A stretch of DNA of 63,997 bases, filler included, from Streblomastix strix (GCA_008636045.1; 4 parts of 4 records of this genome joined end to end with filler, not necessarily neighbours in it); one strand, 5' to 3'; positions 14,059 through 29,164 are shown, counted from the first letter of the whole stretch. Notes: a model not told the origin generated them from the letters alone. A program made the numbers and translations.

Positions 14059-16149
14059 TCATTTTTTCAGAGAATAATTCTAAGTATTTTATTAAAATCT
14101 TATTTCGGGTGAAGATGGATTTATAATTACAACTCTGCTTAGAATAATTCCCTAAGATGTTAAATCTTAGTGATTTTAATTTAATTATGTTTATAATTAT
14201 GATTATTGCAATTATTATGAGTAGTTTTGCTATTACTAAAAATAAGGATTATTTAGGATGTTTTAAGTAAGATTTTACATTTAATATGTTTGATTTTATT
14301 ATAATTTTGAAGGTTCCTACACAAATAATGAATTTTGCGTCTATTAACATTATCCAAATTGTTGTAATGGTATTTACTACGATTTTGGCATACTTATTAA
14401 CTTATTCATATTTGAAGTGGTACCAAATGGTTGAATTTAAGGAAGAAAAGAATTAATTTATTATTGATCAGATGAATAAGATGAATGATTTTATGCGAAG
14501 GATGGAAAATTAGGAAACGATTAAGATTGCGGAATAAATGATTGTTGTATATTAGATGAGATTCCATTAGTATGATTATGCGAATTGAATTAATTTTAAT
14601 TGATTAAGTTTGGATTAAAAAATTACTATTATTATTAGTTGGCATATAGAATATTTTACGTTTATATTTATTCTTCTTTTTACTTTAAATCTTAAGTCTA
14701 TTTCATTTAAGATAAAATGTTTGAGAAAATAGAATCTATAGGATTTACTAATGAAGTTTGTTGTTATTAAGAAGAAATTAAATTCGGTGATTGATGTTGT
14801 TAAATATTAGATTATTAAATCAAATTAGAATTAATATTTTAATTTAATTAATTTTAATTCTAATATTGATAATTTGAATATAAAGACGATTGTTGAATGA
14901 TATTTGTCTTATTTTCATCTTATTTATTATAACTATTATCCATAATATTTTAATTAGAATTTTTATTGCAATTAATTTGATCTAAAATCTTTGAAAATAT
15001 TGAATTTATTTGTTATTAAGGTTAAGATGAAGAATTTTAAGATGTATTTTCTGAAAATATTGAATTTTCTTTGTTAGTTGGAGTATACAAGACAGAATTA
15101 TGTGTAGTTTATGGTAAGATTTTATTATCATTCTTATTTTAATTATTTATAATAGAATTTTATTTGGAATTGAACTAAGAAAGAATGTTGGAAAATAATT
15201 AATTAAATTGTTATTAAGATTATTATTTTAAAGGTAGTAATTATGGAGAAGGTTTAAGTGGTAATGAATATGAAGGTTAAATTAATGAAAATTGAGGAAG
15301 ATCATTTATTAATTATTTTGATTATGATTATTATGACTAATTTGCATCAATATCTGTTTATGCTGTTTAGGATATATCAGAAGATTAAGTTTATTTTAAT
15401 GATTCCTGAGGTAAATCATTTAATAATTATTATTATTTCAATTGTGGTTAAGATATCTACAATTCATTAGTAGAATTATTATTTGATAATGTATAAGAAG
15501 ATGGCAAAGTTGATTAAGATGTATCAGTAGAAAGATTATTTGTTGAATTCACAAAATAAGGAGGTTTAATATATATTGAAGTTGGAGATGTTTACAGATT
15601 TTAAAATTCTAGCTTTGGAATTTATATCTTTGGCTTTGAAGTAGTTTACATTTATTATTACTGCTTCACAATCATTGGAAGCTAAAACTAAGAAAGATTA
15701 ATAGGAGGAAATTTAAATTCGGGGATTTGTAATGGAGAAAATTGAAATTTATTTTATTTTTGAGATACGGGTGTACTTAAAGGATCAAAAGGTACCTGAA
15801 GTTATTAATTAGAAGATATTGGCTAAATTGAAGAAGATTATTATTATAGTGAGTTTGTTGATTATTCTTGGTCTGATGAGATTGAAGAAGTATTGTTGTT
15901 TATATTATTTTATTATGATTGAAGATTTCCTTATAAAAGCACTTTTTATATCACGGTTTTATTTTTCTCTATTTCATCGTTCAATTTTTAGTTAATTAAT
16001 CCTTTATCTGTTGAACTAATAGCTGTATTGTTATTATTTAATATTGATTGAATTAAAGGAGAAATATTTGAAACTTTATTTGAAATCTGTGTTGGTTAAT
16101 TTGAAATTTGTGTCAGCTAATTTTAATTTTGATAATTATAATTTGGAGA
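14059..16149 (-). CDS. Q/N/S/P-rich low-complexity protein, 5'-truncated at the contig end
   Basis: Long minus-strand frame under TAR=Gln ending ...NPSSPEIRFQQNTQNYSLKK-TGA (14061-14059). No recognisable domain. Confidence 0.65.
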
Positions 16150-16249
16150 NNNNNNNNNNNNNNNNNNNNNNNNNNNNNNNNNNNNNNNNNNNNTTAATTA
16201 ATTAANNNNNNNNNNNNNNNNNNNNNNNNNNNNNNNNNNNNNNNNNNNN
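16150..16249. other. Artificial contig-joining spacer
   Basis: 44 N + TTAATTAATTAA (standard-code stops in all six frames) + 44 N. Confidence 0.97.
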
Positions 16250-16380
<131 letters not shown>

Positions 16381-18199
16381 ATATTTGTTGGTACTGTTTT
16401 GTTATTCAGACTAATTTTGTAATATTTAAAATTTGTATCACGCAACAACTTTTAAATGATATTGAATGAATTGTAAAATTAATTAAAAAAAATTAAGAAT
16501 TTTATAATAATAGGGTTAGTATCTTAGTCCCCACGTGGCATGCTCAAGCATTTGCCTATTTTTAACAAAAAGCTAAAATTCAAGCACCTCATGCAATTAT
16601 TTACATTTAATTCTATCAAATATGAGTATATTTAATAAACCATTTTTTTTGCTAAAATATTAAATTAAATTTCCAAAAATTGCCTAAAAAATATGTTGAT
16701 TTTTATTTCATACAATTCTCGCCCCATCACCACCGTTGCATTTGCGCTGTATCTGACTTATTTTTTCAGTTTAAATATAATTATCGCTAGATTAAAATTT
16801 TATTTTAATGAATCCAAACTTTATTTTTTTTGACAATTTTTCGACTTTATTTGTCGAAAATTGACGTGCATTTCTATTATTCCTTCCTGCAACTAATGGT
16901 CTCGTCTACTATTAAACTTCTGACTGTAATTTACTTAATTATACTTCATCCTAATAGTTTCAACATTTTATTCAACGCAAAAATGTTTATAAGTATAAAG
17001 GACAAAAACGATTTTAAATTTCTCATTCGATTAATTTCAAATTAAATATAAATATTCAATTCTCATAATAGTTTAATATTATATAATTTATTATTATATA
17101 TAATTTTCACATATTTATTATAATGAAATCTTTAATCTGAGGAAGAATTTTAATCAATGTCGATTTCGACAAAATTTTATTGGATATCGAATTAGACAAT
17201 GGGAAATTTCTTGTGGAATTCGATATTTGCAGATTTTTTTAACTAATAATAAAAATAAATTATTAATTTTTAATTATATTCTATATATGACATATATTTA
17301 TCCAAATAATAACTAGATAAATATGTTAACTATTCCTGAATAAGATTAAATTTTGAAAAAGTGGAATTTTTATATTTAACTTAAATTCTATAGAAAAACT
17401 AGTTTCAATTTTTAAACAACATATTCATATTTAAGTACCTAAAATATAAAATATAAAAAATTATATTTTAACAATTAGCTGAATTCCAGCTTGTAATTAT
17501 TTTTTTTTTATTTTTTCAAAAAATATTTATTTGTCCAATTAGACAAAGTCAAAAAGGTATTAACGAACGAATATGTCGAAAATTGACTGCACTTTAAATT
17601 AATAAATATTACTAGCAGTGATTTTTTTAAGTACAATTTTGAGTGGCAGCAGCCATTCTGGGACGGTTTTTGCAGCCACTCTAAATTTTCAAAAAATAAA
17701 TAGATATTTTTCATGATCTCAGTTGGTACAATTTTCAAAAAGTTAAAAAGAAAAATTCAATACTTGTACTGTCTCCAAGTTTTTACAATGATCAATACAT
17801 AAATGTCTGTTGCTTAGAAAAAAATATCTTAGAAAAGTTTAGTAAATTAATAGTTATATTCAATTCTAAATTTTAAAATTAAATTTTTAAATATTTAATT
17901 TGTTAATAAATTTTTATAAAATAATTATTTTTAAATTAGTTAAAAATATTAAAAGATTAAAAGCAAATAACTCTCTAATTTATTATTAACATTATTAATT
18001 ATACTAATTTTAATAATTAAAAAAAATTGTAATTTTTTTATTCAAATCTAATTTTCATATTTATTATTTGTTTATTTGTTTGAAATAAATCATTTAAAAT
18101 TTTAGTTTTGTTTTTGCGAAATTTACCAAAAAAAATAAGTTATGATATATTTATTTAGATTTTTTTAATTTTCAGATTTTTATTCAGTATTAATTTAGA

Positions 18200-20927
18200 A
18201 TGAAGAAAGAAATTGATTCGAAACATCATCTCAGCTCTCTTCTAACTTCTAACGTTCCAAATTCACTTTCAGAAGAAGAAATTGAGCAGAATCTTTAAAT
18301 ATTTGGGGAAATATAGTTTGAATTTATATTGAATTACAACATTTAAAGAATAATTATATATATTTATTTATAGACAATCAATTTTTCTACCATAACTGAA
18401 AGAAGAATAAAAGAAAACATTAATTATTTTTAAATCCGAATTATCTGTAGATAGTGCACTTAAAGGAGGAGAAAGAATACAGCTTTTGGATTCATTAGTG
18501 AAAATGTAAGTATTGAATGAAGCTGAAGTTAGAAAACTAATGTAATCTGGATGCAATTCTAATAATTCAAAAGAAAAAATAATAAACTCAAATATATAAT
18601 CAAAGAAAGTTAATACAATTGATGGATACTTCAATAAAATTGAATCCCCAGAGAAGAAGAAATTGTTTAAGGATTCTGATTAAGAATCAAAATATGTTGA
18701 AAATCCGGGAAAACTTAGAATGAAATAAATAAGAAGAAATTAATCTAAAATAGGAATTTTAAACTATTTTTATTTTTTAATTTTCATTTATAATACATTA
18801 TTATAAAGACATTTTATTCCTAGATGGATCAGAGATGAAGAATTTTATTCTATCTATTTGACACTAGGATATTCAGATTTGCAGCTCTTGGATAAGATGG
18901 AGTTTATTGTAACTTATGCTGCAAATATTAGCGTGCAACTGGTGAGGTATATGTTACATAACCAGCTTATCCTGTAAGAATCGATGAGTTATGAGTTCAC
19001 CGAGATTCATCTATATGTAGTGATTCAATCGCAAAAGAAAAAGAAAGGCATGATTCAATAATTTCGAAAAATAACGAAAAAGTTGATATTAAAAGAAAGA
19101 ATGCAGCTAAAAAATGGTGTAATCAGTTCATTGGACAGCAATTCAAGAGTTTAACTAATTGAAAATTCCAGACTTAATCAGAATAATAGATCGAATTTCT
19201 GAAAATAAATAATTATCAGAATTTGGATATTTTTCTTCATTCTCATTATATGGATTTATGAAAATAATTGGTGGGTATTATATTAACAGAGAATCAAAAA
19301 GAATAAGCGAAGCTGGGCTTTGGGCAGCTATGCTTAATGATTCAAAGGATGTATCTGATATTGATTAATTAGTTATTGTTGTCCGCAATCTTGATGATAA
19401 TATAAATAACCAAACAAATTTTATTAAATTCTAGTGATTTATGATCTGAAAGAACAAAAGCAAATAATCTAATTAAGAAATTTTCTTCTATCTGCAAAAA
19501 TCTTAATCTCAAACTCAATAATTTAATTTCAATAGCTTCTGATGGTATTACTTCACTTATATAAGTTCTAAATGGAATGGTTGCATAATTACAGGTCAAA
19601 TTTCTATTAATTCTTCCAAATAAATGGAATAATCATTGTTTATTATCTGCGCTAAAAGATTCTATTGAAGATTCAATTAATAATGTATTGTTGGAAGTTA
19701 TAATAACAGTGGTTCAGTTATATAATTATTATCATAACAGTCGTAAAGACTCTAAGGTTTAAAGTAATATTGCATTAGGCAGGGAATGAAGATGTTAAAA
19801 CTATAGCGTCCTACCATAACAAGATGGAGTTCGCATTTCAAGGAAGTAAACTCAACACTTCACAATCTTCCTGCAATTTTAAATCATTTGACGCGTTTAC
19901 CAGCTAAAGACTCAATAACAAAATCACTTTTAGCTAAAATATCCTTGAAATCTTTTCCTTTAAAACTTTTTACTCTCAAATACGTCGTATCTGAGATTCA
20001 TCATAGAGCAATCTATTTTCAAAAAATTTGCTCTAATTTGGAGATGCATAACCAAATATTTAGGTGCTCATGGATATTCTACTTTAAATTGCAAATGAAA
20101 ATGAAATTTCGAACAAAGTAGGAACAAATTGGGAGTTATTTGAGGAAAAATGGGGCCAATTTAACGAGGACGACGACTAATAAATTATTGAATGGTCAGA
20201 ACTATAAGTATCTTTTCTAATTAATAATTTAACAAAAAGATTTCCAAAAGAGGAAATTATATCGGTTTTCAATACCTTTAATCCAATTAAAATACCAACA
20301 GATCCAAGTTTACCCATCTAATATGGATTAGATGAAATTAAATTATTGAATTATAAATATGGAAATGTATAATTTGAAAGTAAATAAACAAGAGATTGGC
20401 AAATTGCGAAGAATTTGATTAAAGATCTATAAAATATGATATATCTGAAATATGCAAACTAGTTGTATAATCAAAAGAATATCAGTACCTATATTTCATA
20501 AAAAAAGTTGGCAAAAGTATGTCTCACACTCTCTCTCTCTAATGCGCCAGCTGAGAGACAATTCAGTGCAATGAAACGGATTAAGTCTTCCACTAGAAAC
20601 CGTCTTTCGTAACCTATGCTGAACTGGTTGCTGGCAATCATATCAAATTCAGAAGATGAGATCAATGATGTGGATGCTGAACTAATTTCAAAAGCTTGGT
20701 TAGGCGAGCCGCACAGATTTTGGTAACTAAAATTACAAATTTTGGAAGGATATAATAATGTATTTGATGGAAGTGATAGTGATTAACCTTCCTCTGTAGA
20801 AGAATCTGATAGCATTGAAGTTGAAACAGATGAAGAAGATGATATGTCAGATTCTTTGCAAGAGTATGATGAATACATAGAAAGTTTAATGTAAAAAGAT
20901 TCAGAGCAATAGATGAAGCCAGAGTGA
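18200..20927 (+). pseudogene. hAT transposase (ZNF862/ZMYM-like clade), frameshifted
   Basis: Motifs CNLC, LNDSKDVSDIDQLVIVVR, ASDG, NNHC, ITRWSSH and LSLSNAPAERQFSAMKRIKSSTRNRLS. Several frameshifts and probable introns. Confidence 0.85.
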
Positions 20928-21074
20928 TAATTTTGATTCAACAAACATTTAAAAAAAAAGAATAATAAGAGTTTTGCTTTTATTTTATATATTTATTATT
21001 ACTAAATATTAAAATCATTTAATTAAAAAATCAAATTCAATCATTTATCTTTTCAAATAGACTTAAATTTAATA

Positions 21075-23330
21075 TTAAACAGCACCCAAAATAAGCCCGA
21101 CAATGCACATAGAGTGTGTTAAAAGCACCAATCCCATAATTAAGATCTTCATTGATGAATTGTCTTCATCTTTCCCACCAGTTAGATCAGCTCTTGCACT
21201 GTCCCCTTATGCACCACGACCTTTCTTCTTCTTCCTCTTCTTTCTTTGATTACTTGATTTCTGACTCCTCATCTATACTGTATTTGGTTGATCAAATATA
21301 TATGCATTAAGTATTTCATTACTTTTTTGATCATATACGTTTATGTTCGATTTTGCAAGATCAGCTTTCATAATTTGTGGATCTGTAACATGTGCTATAT
21401 TATCACCATTTGAGTCGTTCTCACTTTATGTGTTCTGCTCTTCAGTCACTTCTGCACGTTGTAAGACGATATCAGCTGTATCATCATCATGATATTTGTC
21501 CATAAGAAGATGTGCATAGTTATAAAGCATTGTTGCATTCATTGGTTATTGCACCATCAACTCTTCATAGCAGGATCTTGATTTCTGCCTAGATTCAACA
21601 ATGTGTCTCAAATATGGATATATCCTATCAAGGTTAGTATGTGAACTTGTCATATTCTCAAAGAAGTCTTTCATTACTTATTTAGCGCCTTCATGGAACT
21701 CTTCTGCTTATGCCATCTTCGTATTAAATATAAGTATATTCATTCCATTCGTATTCTTTTTATCAGATCCACTGGATTACGAGTTATTATCGTTTGATAT
21801 TTAATAAAGCACAAATCTCAACGGAAGACTTGGATGTGATTGTTTCGCTAATTTGTATATTGATTGTGCTTTGATCCAATTTTTCCATATTGATATAAGA
21901 AGTTTTTACATTGGAATTGTAGTTAAGCATTTCTTTTTGTCTTTTTTAATCCTCTTGTATAAATATAGTCTGCATAATCTAAGTATCTTTTATCTCTGAA
22001 TTCTTTGTGTTAAAAGAATCTAAGCCAAGGTTCTACTGAATCTGGATCTTTGATTTAGGGAATTGAATTGTTGCAATTTATTTGGTTTGATTATATTTAG
22101 ATTCAGTATTTTAATTTGATTCTTATTAATAATTATTATTTTCATTATGTTATTATTATTAAGTATCATTATTAATCTCAGTTTTAGGTTTCAATTCTTA
22201 ACCGTGAATCAGTAGCTGTCCATCATCTGTTAATAGCCATCTTCTGCTTTCAACAAAATTCATTGTGAATAAAATTTAATACAAAGACTTATCCTTAATA
22301 CAACACATGATATCAAGAATAGAATTTATGGAACAAATGAATGAGAGGCTTCTTCAATTGCATATCCAATCTCACTGCATAATCTCATACTAGCGAATAC
22401 TAACCATGGAATTGCTGATAAGTAGTTGAATGCAAATGAATAGTATGGAACATAAAGGAATATCATAATCACTTATACTAATGAGACACCAACTGTTACA
22501 ACACCACGCCAGAATTGTCATGAATAGAGATGATGCCTACTTAATACAATAAGCACAACGTATATTTATTGAATTGTCTTATATTTTTTCATTTGGTTTG
22601 CTAATTAATCCTCCGCTCTTAGGATTGTGATTGAATATAAATAATACATTGATGATTGAATATAAAATTAAAACAAGAAACATTATTATAGATAACAGGA
22701 ATGATACAATCTGATATGCATTTGTAAGACATTTCAAAGTGATATCTCCAAGGTAGATATCTACCTTAATTTTTATCCATCTTCATCAACATATAATTCA
22801 GAATAAAAGTCAAATGAAGGTGTTTGTAATTGAAATTATTGGAATAAATCATATTCAGATTACGAGAGATATAAGCAAGCACTTTATATAAATTACTTAC
22901 GGTTATATTGTCACAATTTCTTTAGACAGCAATGCACAAACTCCATGCAGTAAAATGCAATCACCGATGTTAATTATGAATGTAACTGCAACAAATATTT
23001 CGTTCTTTCCTATTATCAGCCAAGTGAAGTGAAATTTATAAAGTTCAAACCTTAAATAATATATAGTTTAAAAATTAATGGGAAAATATTTTTTAAATTT
23101 ATACGAACATAAGAAAAAGTAGTTTGCTACTCAGTTTCATGGTCAATTAGGATGAATGCTAGCGTAAAGATATTCAGAAAGTTCACAAATCGAAATGTTA
23201 GTTGCATGCTCGCATGGCTCTGCTTCTCAAGAGGCTAAAGTTGGAAAAGAAAGCCATAAAGAATCTCCCTGCCATTGCTGTGCTGATTTCCACTGTACTA
23301 TAGTTTTATCTCCTGAAATTTCAGAACGTA
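21075..23330 (-). pseudogene. Fragment of a TmcB/TmcC-like multi-pass membrane protein with a TPR-like region
   Basis: FWRGVVTVGVSLVQVIMIFLYVPYY...IPWLVFASMRLCSEIGYAIE...SVEPWLRF...MKDFFENM...YEELMVQQPMNATMLYNYAHLLMDKYHDDDTA. GT-AG intron at 23104-23051. In-frame TGA. Truncated within the next TM helix. Confidence 0.65.
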
Positions 23331-24469
23331 TTAGTATATTAATTAAAAAAAAAAAATTTATATAACAATATAAACTCAAGGGAATGAATATAATTTATTA
23401 ATCAAAAAATAATGGCAGTTTTAACTAAATAGAACTTAATTTGATTTTAAATTATGAAGTTATGTTAAGAAATTTTTATATCTAAAGAGGATTTTATAAA
23501 TTATGGTAGTTAATATAAATTATTCGAAATTTTAAAATTTTTCCATTTTAATAAAAAAAAAATTTTTTTTTAAAAGTCGAAAATTAAAAATAAAAGTTTT
23601 AAATTGGAAAATTGCTAAAAAAATGAAATTTATAGTAAAAGCTGCCACTCAAAATTTTTTTCTGCCACTTATAAATCGCAAAAACCGCCTAAAATCGTGT
23701 GACGGCATGGAGAGCTAGGGGCTTTTTCATAATTCAAATAAAAATTTATTATGATACAATTTTGAATGGATATTATTTCATAAAATATTAAAGCTGGAAA
23801 AGATGAAAATTTTTTTCCTTTTTTTCCAATTCAACATATTTGGATCATCGTTTATAATCCATAAATCACTAATTGCATGAAAAATTATAAAAATAATAAT
23901 TAAATATTTCAAATAGGTAAAATAATGAAGAAAAAACACTTTTTTCAGCAATTTCTTTAGAGTCTATCTTAACTCAACAATTACATTAAATATTAAAACA
24001 AGAAAATTTAATATACATAATTACTTGAAATAATTCTATAAATTTAATTGTAATCTTCAAATTTTAACTTTTTTTATTTTTTAAAAAAAAGTCATGCTGC
24101 GCAATTTACAACAAAATTCCATTTATTTAGAGTTCATTATATTAATATTTTATTTTTTTAATTCAATTATAGGATAAGTGTTAACTTGATTAAACACATT
24201 TCGATGACGATCAGGTATTAATTATTTATTTTTAAAGAATTATTTTGTGAATTTCTAAAATCTAAATGTATTTATACTTTAAATTTTATTTAAAATTGTA
24301 AATTTAAGATAGATAGTGATAATCAGACTAAGTTGACATAAATACTAAAGACCATCTTCGAGCAGTTTCAATTATTCACTAATATAAAATAAAGTATTGC
24401 CAAATTTTTTATGTTTTATTTTTCTTTTGTTAAATTGAATTATTTATTTTTATTATTGATTTAAAACTA

Positions 24470-25920
24470 GTAAAATATGCCTATTAGAATCAATAACGCC
24501 AACTCGCAGAAAAGCGATTGCAAAGACACACGTTATCCGCCAATCTCCATGAATCTTTTTGCCTGTGAGAACTTTCTCTCAATTTCAGCTTCTGATGAGG
24601 GAAATGCAAGAACACTATCTGTAAAATCGACGAAAATTTTCATCATTGGATTTAATTTATTTTGACCCTGCCAATATCCGATTTAGTTATAAATGAACAT
24701 CTCATCATCCATATCCCCATATTTTCCAGCCCAAAAAGAACAGCTTCATTTGCAAAGTATTATGATAACATTAATTCTTCATCATTCAACGTTTGTCGTA
24801 TCAATTAAACTTTTTGATCTTTTTCAAGATCATCAATTGTACTTGTAAGAAATGTAGCTGTTGGTGAATTAATACCAGATTTACCAGTGATGATTTAATT
24901 ATGAATTGGTGTACCTGTAACAGATAAATTAGCAGGCAATTCCGATTAAATATCTTGAAGAATCTGGGTTCCATGAATTGAATTATTTGATTTTCTTTCA
25001 ATTTATTTGGTATCTTCAATATCTTTTTTCATTGGTGAATTTGAAAATGGCGATTCTTGTTTGAATTCATTCTATTAATTAATCGATGAAAACATTTATT
25101 GATCATATGTTTCATTTAATTCTTGACAGTTGATGAATTGTAGTTTCCCATTTTATTCTTATTCTGATTTATATAATTGATACATTTATTGGTTTGTTTC
25201 TTCTTCATTAAATTGGATGTGATGACTCAATTCCAACCTTATATTTAGAGTTTATTCCCATTATTTAGCTTAATTTTGATTTTATTAATGTCTTGATAAT
25301 GCGTTTTCTTTCAATTCTTAATGATAAAGGCAAATATAAATCTTTTTAAGATAATCTAAGCATCATGAGTATCAATTGATCTTTTGAACAAGAATAAAAC
25401 AAGGAGCAGTGGGATCTGATATTTGAATTTGAGATATGGCTAGTTGATATGCATTTTCAACTTTTTATTTAAGTATTCTGTGCTCGGGATACTGATCAGG
25501 TTTCTGAGGAATTTGAATTGATTTGATATCAAACAATGGTAGAGGTGGAATAATTTCTGAAACATAATTCATTGATCCAAAAGTTAATTTAAAAGACAAA
25601 GTTGTAGAAATGATCCTTCCTAATTGTCGCTATTCCATCAATTTCTTCCCTGAGTAACTAAATGCGAAGGCATAAGCAAATAAATCAGTGTGATCATCAA
25701 CAAAGAAGTAAAAAAATATATTCATGCAAAGTGTTTTGATGAATGAGAGCCGTGGCTCATAGCTAAAGATGGAAACTTTATAAACACCTTTGCAGAAAAA
25801 CCCACATCTAATTCAAAATTCATACGCAAAAACGGATGTAGTGATACTTAAATGTATTAAATATCACATTGAGGCTCTGATTCATAATTGTTTAGAAAGG
25901 AAAATCTTTCCTACGTCTAA
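24470..25920 (-). pseudogene. Second hAT transposase remnant inside the large hAT element
   Basis: GYWQGQNKLNPMMKIFVDFTDSVLAFPSSEAEIERKFSQAKR is a hAT dimerisation motif. The upstream part is degraded. Confidence 0.7.
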
Positions 25921-27682
25921 GATTATAAGAAATATATAGAAAAATTTATAAAAAAATTAAAAATTTTATACAATTTTTTTTTCGTTTCGTTTATCTTTCT
26001 ATGAACCTAATTTTCTAATGTAATAATTAGTAAATTAAATCATTAAAGTTAGATATATATATTTATAAATATAAAATTTAAATTTATAACAAAACAAGAA
26101 AAATAATTTAAATATTTTTTAATTTATAATTAATAATAAATTGGATTATTTAAAAAATCTTAGAAATATTAAAATATATATGAAATCGCAAGTTTATTAA
26201 TGTTATTTATATATAATATTAAATAAATATTCGCGAAACTTCAATAAAATAATTTAAAATTTCAAAATGAAAATAAGTATTATGACTCATTAGTAAAGAA
26301 TAACTATATTTATAATGAATTTTATTTAATAATATTACTTAATAACTACTAAATTATAATAAATTTCAATTTGAATTAATTGATTACATCAAAACTAACC
26401 TTTATAATTTTATTTTGAGAAAAATGCATTTTCCAAGTAAAATGGAAAATAAACTTTTTTCAAATTTATTGATTTTATATTAATTTTTGCTAAAATCGTT
26501 TTTATTGTTGGATAGATACTATTGAAATACACAAACTAAAAATGCTTTATTATAGTCGTATTATACTAGTAATTATATTACTATGTATCTATTTACATAT
26601 ATACAAAATATTTGATCAATATTTCTTATATAACCAGTAGAAAAACTCTAATTTCATCATTTAATCAAAGTTTTTCCTAATTTCTTGCTGCTCTTTGCAT
26701 ACTTTAATGAGTTTGATATCTGATATATTTTAAATTAATATAATTTTTATTTTCAATTTTTTTATTTTATTATTTTTATCCAAAATTTAGCAGCTAAACT
26801 CTATAAAGGAAAACTTTATAAAAATCAAAAAATGCAATTTTGCGCTATTTATCATTGTTTGAAACATTCTTTTATAATTTTAATTACATTATTAATATTT
26901 TAAATCAATAAATTTTAAAAAACGAGGAAAATTACACTCGTTTGCGAAGCGTCTTTTTTTGCTTTATTAATGACAAAAGTCATAAATAAGTATGATATTT
27001 TAATTTAAATTTAAATTTAAATTTTAACTATATATTTTACTTATAAATATTAATATAGTGACATTTGAACCATTGAGAAATACAGTACTAAATAGTTTCT
27101 AGCAAAACATGGCGATTAATTTTGAGAAAAAAGAAACATTTACGTTTAAGTCAGGCAATAGATAACATAAAATATACAAATATATGGATAAGATAAAATT
27201 TGTATAGTTTATCAATATTATGTTGTTTCATACTTAGCCCCTTATATATTCAGCATGAATTGATAGTATTTAGAAACGAGTTAGTTATTCACTTCACATA
27301 TTCATTTCAGTTAAATAGAAATATGCATAATAAAAATGAATGTATGATCTATATATTTATAAAAAATTATTTAAAATTTATGATTGGTTAGATAGAAATA
27401 ACATGCGCAAGTGACCGCCTAACCGCCTAGGCGGTCGTAAGGCGGTGCCTGAGTTTGATAGGCGTTTTTTGCGATGTATACTGCCACTAACTGAAATTTC
27501 TTACCAAAATCCCTGGTTACTAGTTTTAAATTAAGATTAATTAGAAAAAGTCAAATGAGATAAATTTTTTTCAAAAATATATTTGTAGATGCTAAATTTG
27601 CAGATCTAATTAAAAATTGTAATTATTAATGTTTAGAATAAAATTAATCACATTATTTGAAAAATAATTATGAATTTGAATA

Positions 27683-27822
27683 CAGTATAATCCGGTTAAT
27701 TCGCACACCAGCTAATTCGCACAATATGTATAATTCGCACTATTATATTATTTGAGGAAATGTCACTGTTTCGCTATTAATTTCTTATAGATAATTCGCA
27801 CAAAAATTTTATAATTCGCACT
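27683..27822 (+). mobile_element. Orphan left end of a Tc1/mariner (pogo/Tigger-like) element
   Basis: TA-CAGTATAATCCGGTTAATTCGCAC followed by four more TAATTCGCAC subterminal copies. Related to the MITE at 30719. Confidence 0.6.
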
Positions 27823-29164
27823 TAAAATATAACAAATTTAGAAAAATAATTTTCGTTTTTTAAATTAATTATGAATAATTTTAATATTTAATGTAAATAT
27901 TAAAAGTTTATTATTATAAATTACTGTTTATACAATATCATACATAAAATTTTTAAATGAAAGAAACAAACAAATGAAATTTAGAAGATTTATTTTTATT
28001 TTTTTTTATATTTTCTAAAAAATTTAACAAAGTTATATAAACAAACAAAATTTTAATAACTGTTTGAAAATAAAATTTAATTTTTAACATAACTCAATCT
28101 AACAAATTATTAAAAATATTAATATTTTTTTCTTATTTTTTTGAATTTTCTTTTATTTTTACCTATTATTATTTTCTATTAATTATTATCTGTAGTGTAA
28201 AAATTATCTTTAAATATATATGAATTTCACTGTTTTTATCTATATATGTTTAAAAATTTAATATTTTAAATTCTTATTTATATAAAAATTATATAATTTG
28301 AAATAAATTTATTAACTTGAAGATTTTTTTTGAAATAATTATTTTTCTTTCTCATATTTTAATTATATATATAGCCAGAAGTGCACAGTTAGAAACAAGA
28401 CAACTTCATGGAAGAACAATATATGTAACAAATTGGGAAATATTGAATGAATAAGTTAATATTTGACGAATAGTTGAATCATTGACTTTTTTATTATTTA
28501 ATGAGATACAAAACATAACAACGAAAGCAATGGTATAAAAAATGTGAATAATGCATGTGGATTGATATCTATAATGGGTTTTGCACAGTAAATGGTAGAA
28601 CTATTATTAACAATTATCGATTGAAACTTCATTTTTACAAAAATATTCGTCTTCTTCATAACATTTACCCAAAGTCTACTTAATAATATGAAATTAAATT
28701 AATAATAGTAATCCAGTTCATCATCTTGATCATCTAATTTAATTTCCTCTTTAATAAAATTGAACAAAAAATATAATGCTATCAATCGAAACATAACAAA
28801 AACTTCATATACAAACTATTGTTACAAGATAATAAAAAATGAACATCTCAAAAAAAATATCATAATAAACTGTTGATTAAGGTTGGCTAAACTTGATTAA
28901 ATTTTAACACGTAAAAGTATCAAATTGAGCTAACGTTTCTTTTCGATAATAAGTTTCTCCACATCTATTTGTCCTTTTCCAAATACTGATTTGAGCGAGA
29001 AAAAATGTTAGTACAGTTCTTTATGAAGTTGAATTTCGCTTATTATATGAGAAACAAAATTTGGAATTTTCTCTTGAATAAGATCAAATGGATTGTTCCG
29101 CCCACAAGCGACGTCCAAAATTTTATTCAATAAAATCAATTTAATTATTTATATTAATAATTTT

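Larger units (their letters stand above)
17616..27515 (+). mobile_element. 9.9-kb hAT element with cargo and a nested insertion
   Basis: Left TIR CAGTGATTTTTTTAAG vs reverse-complemented right end CAGGGATTTTGGTAAG (13/16), both followed by AGTGGCAG. 8-bp TSD ATTACTAG (17608-17615) / GTTACTAG (27516-27523). Confidence 0.8.

Noticed and set aside
16150..16249. TTAATTAATTAA palindromes at ~16-kb periodicity as a biological signal
   Set aside because: These are artificial linkers, so adjacency across them (e.g. nitroreductase next to TOP3B) has no meaning.
16511..16519. Telomere-like TAGGGTTAG (also TTAGGGTTA at ~47253)
   Set aside because: Each is only about 1.5 units with no array. They are more likely transposon-end-like or chance matches.
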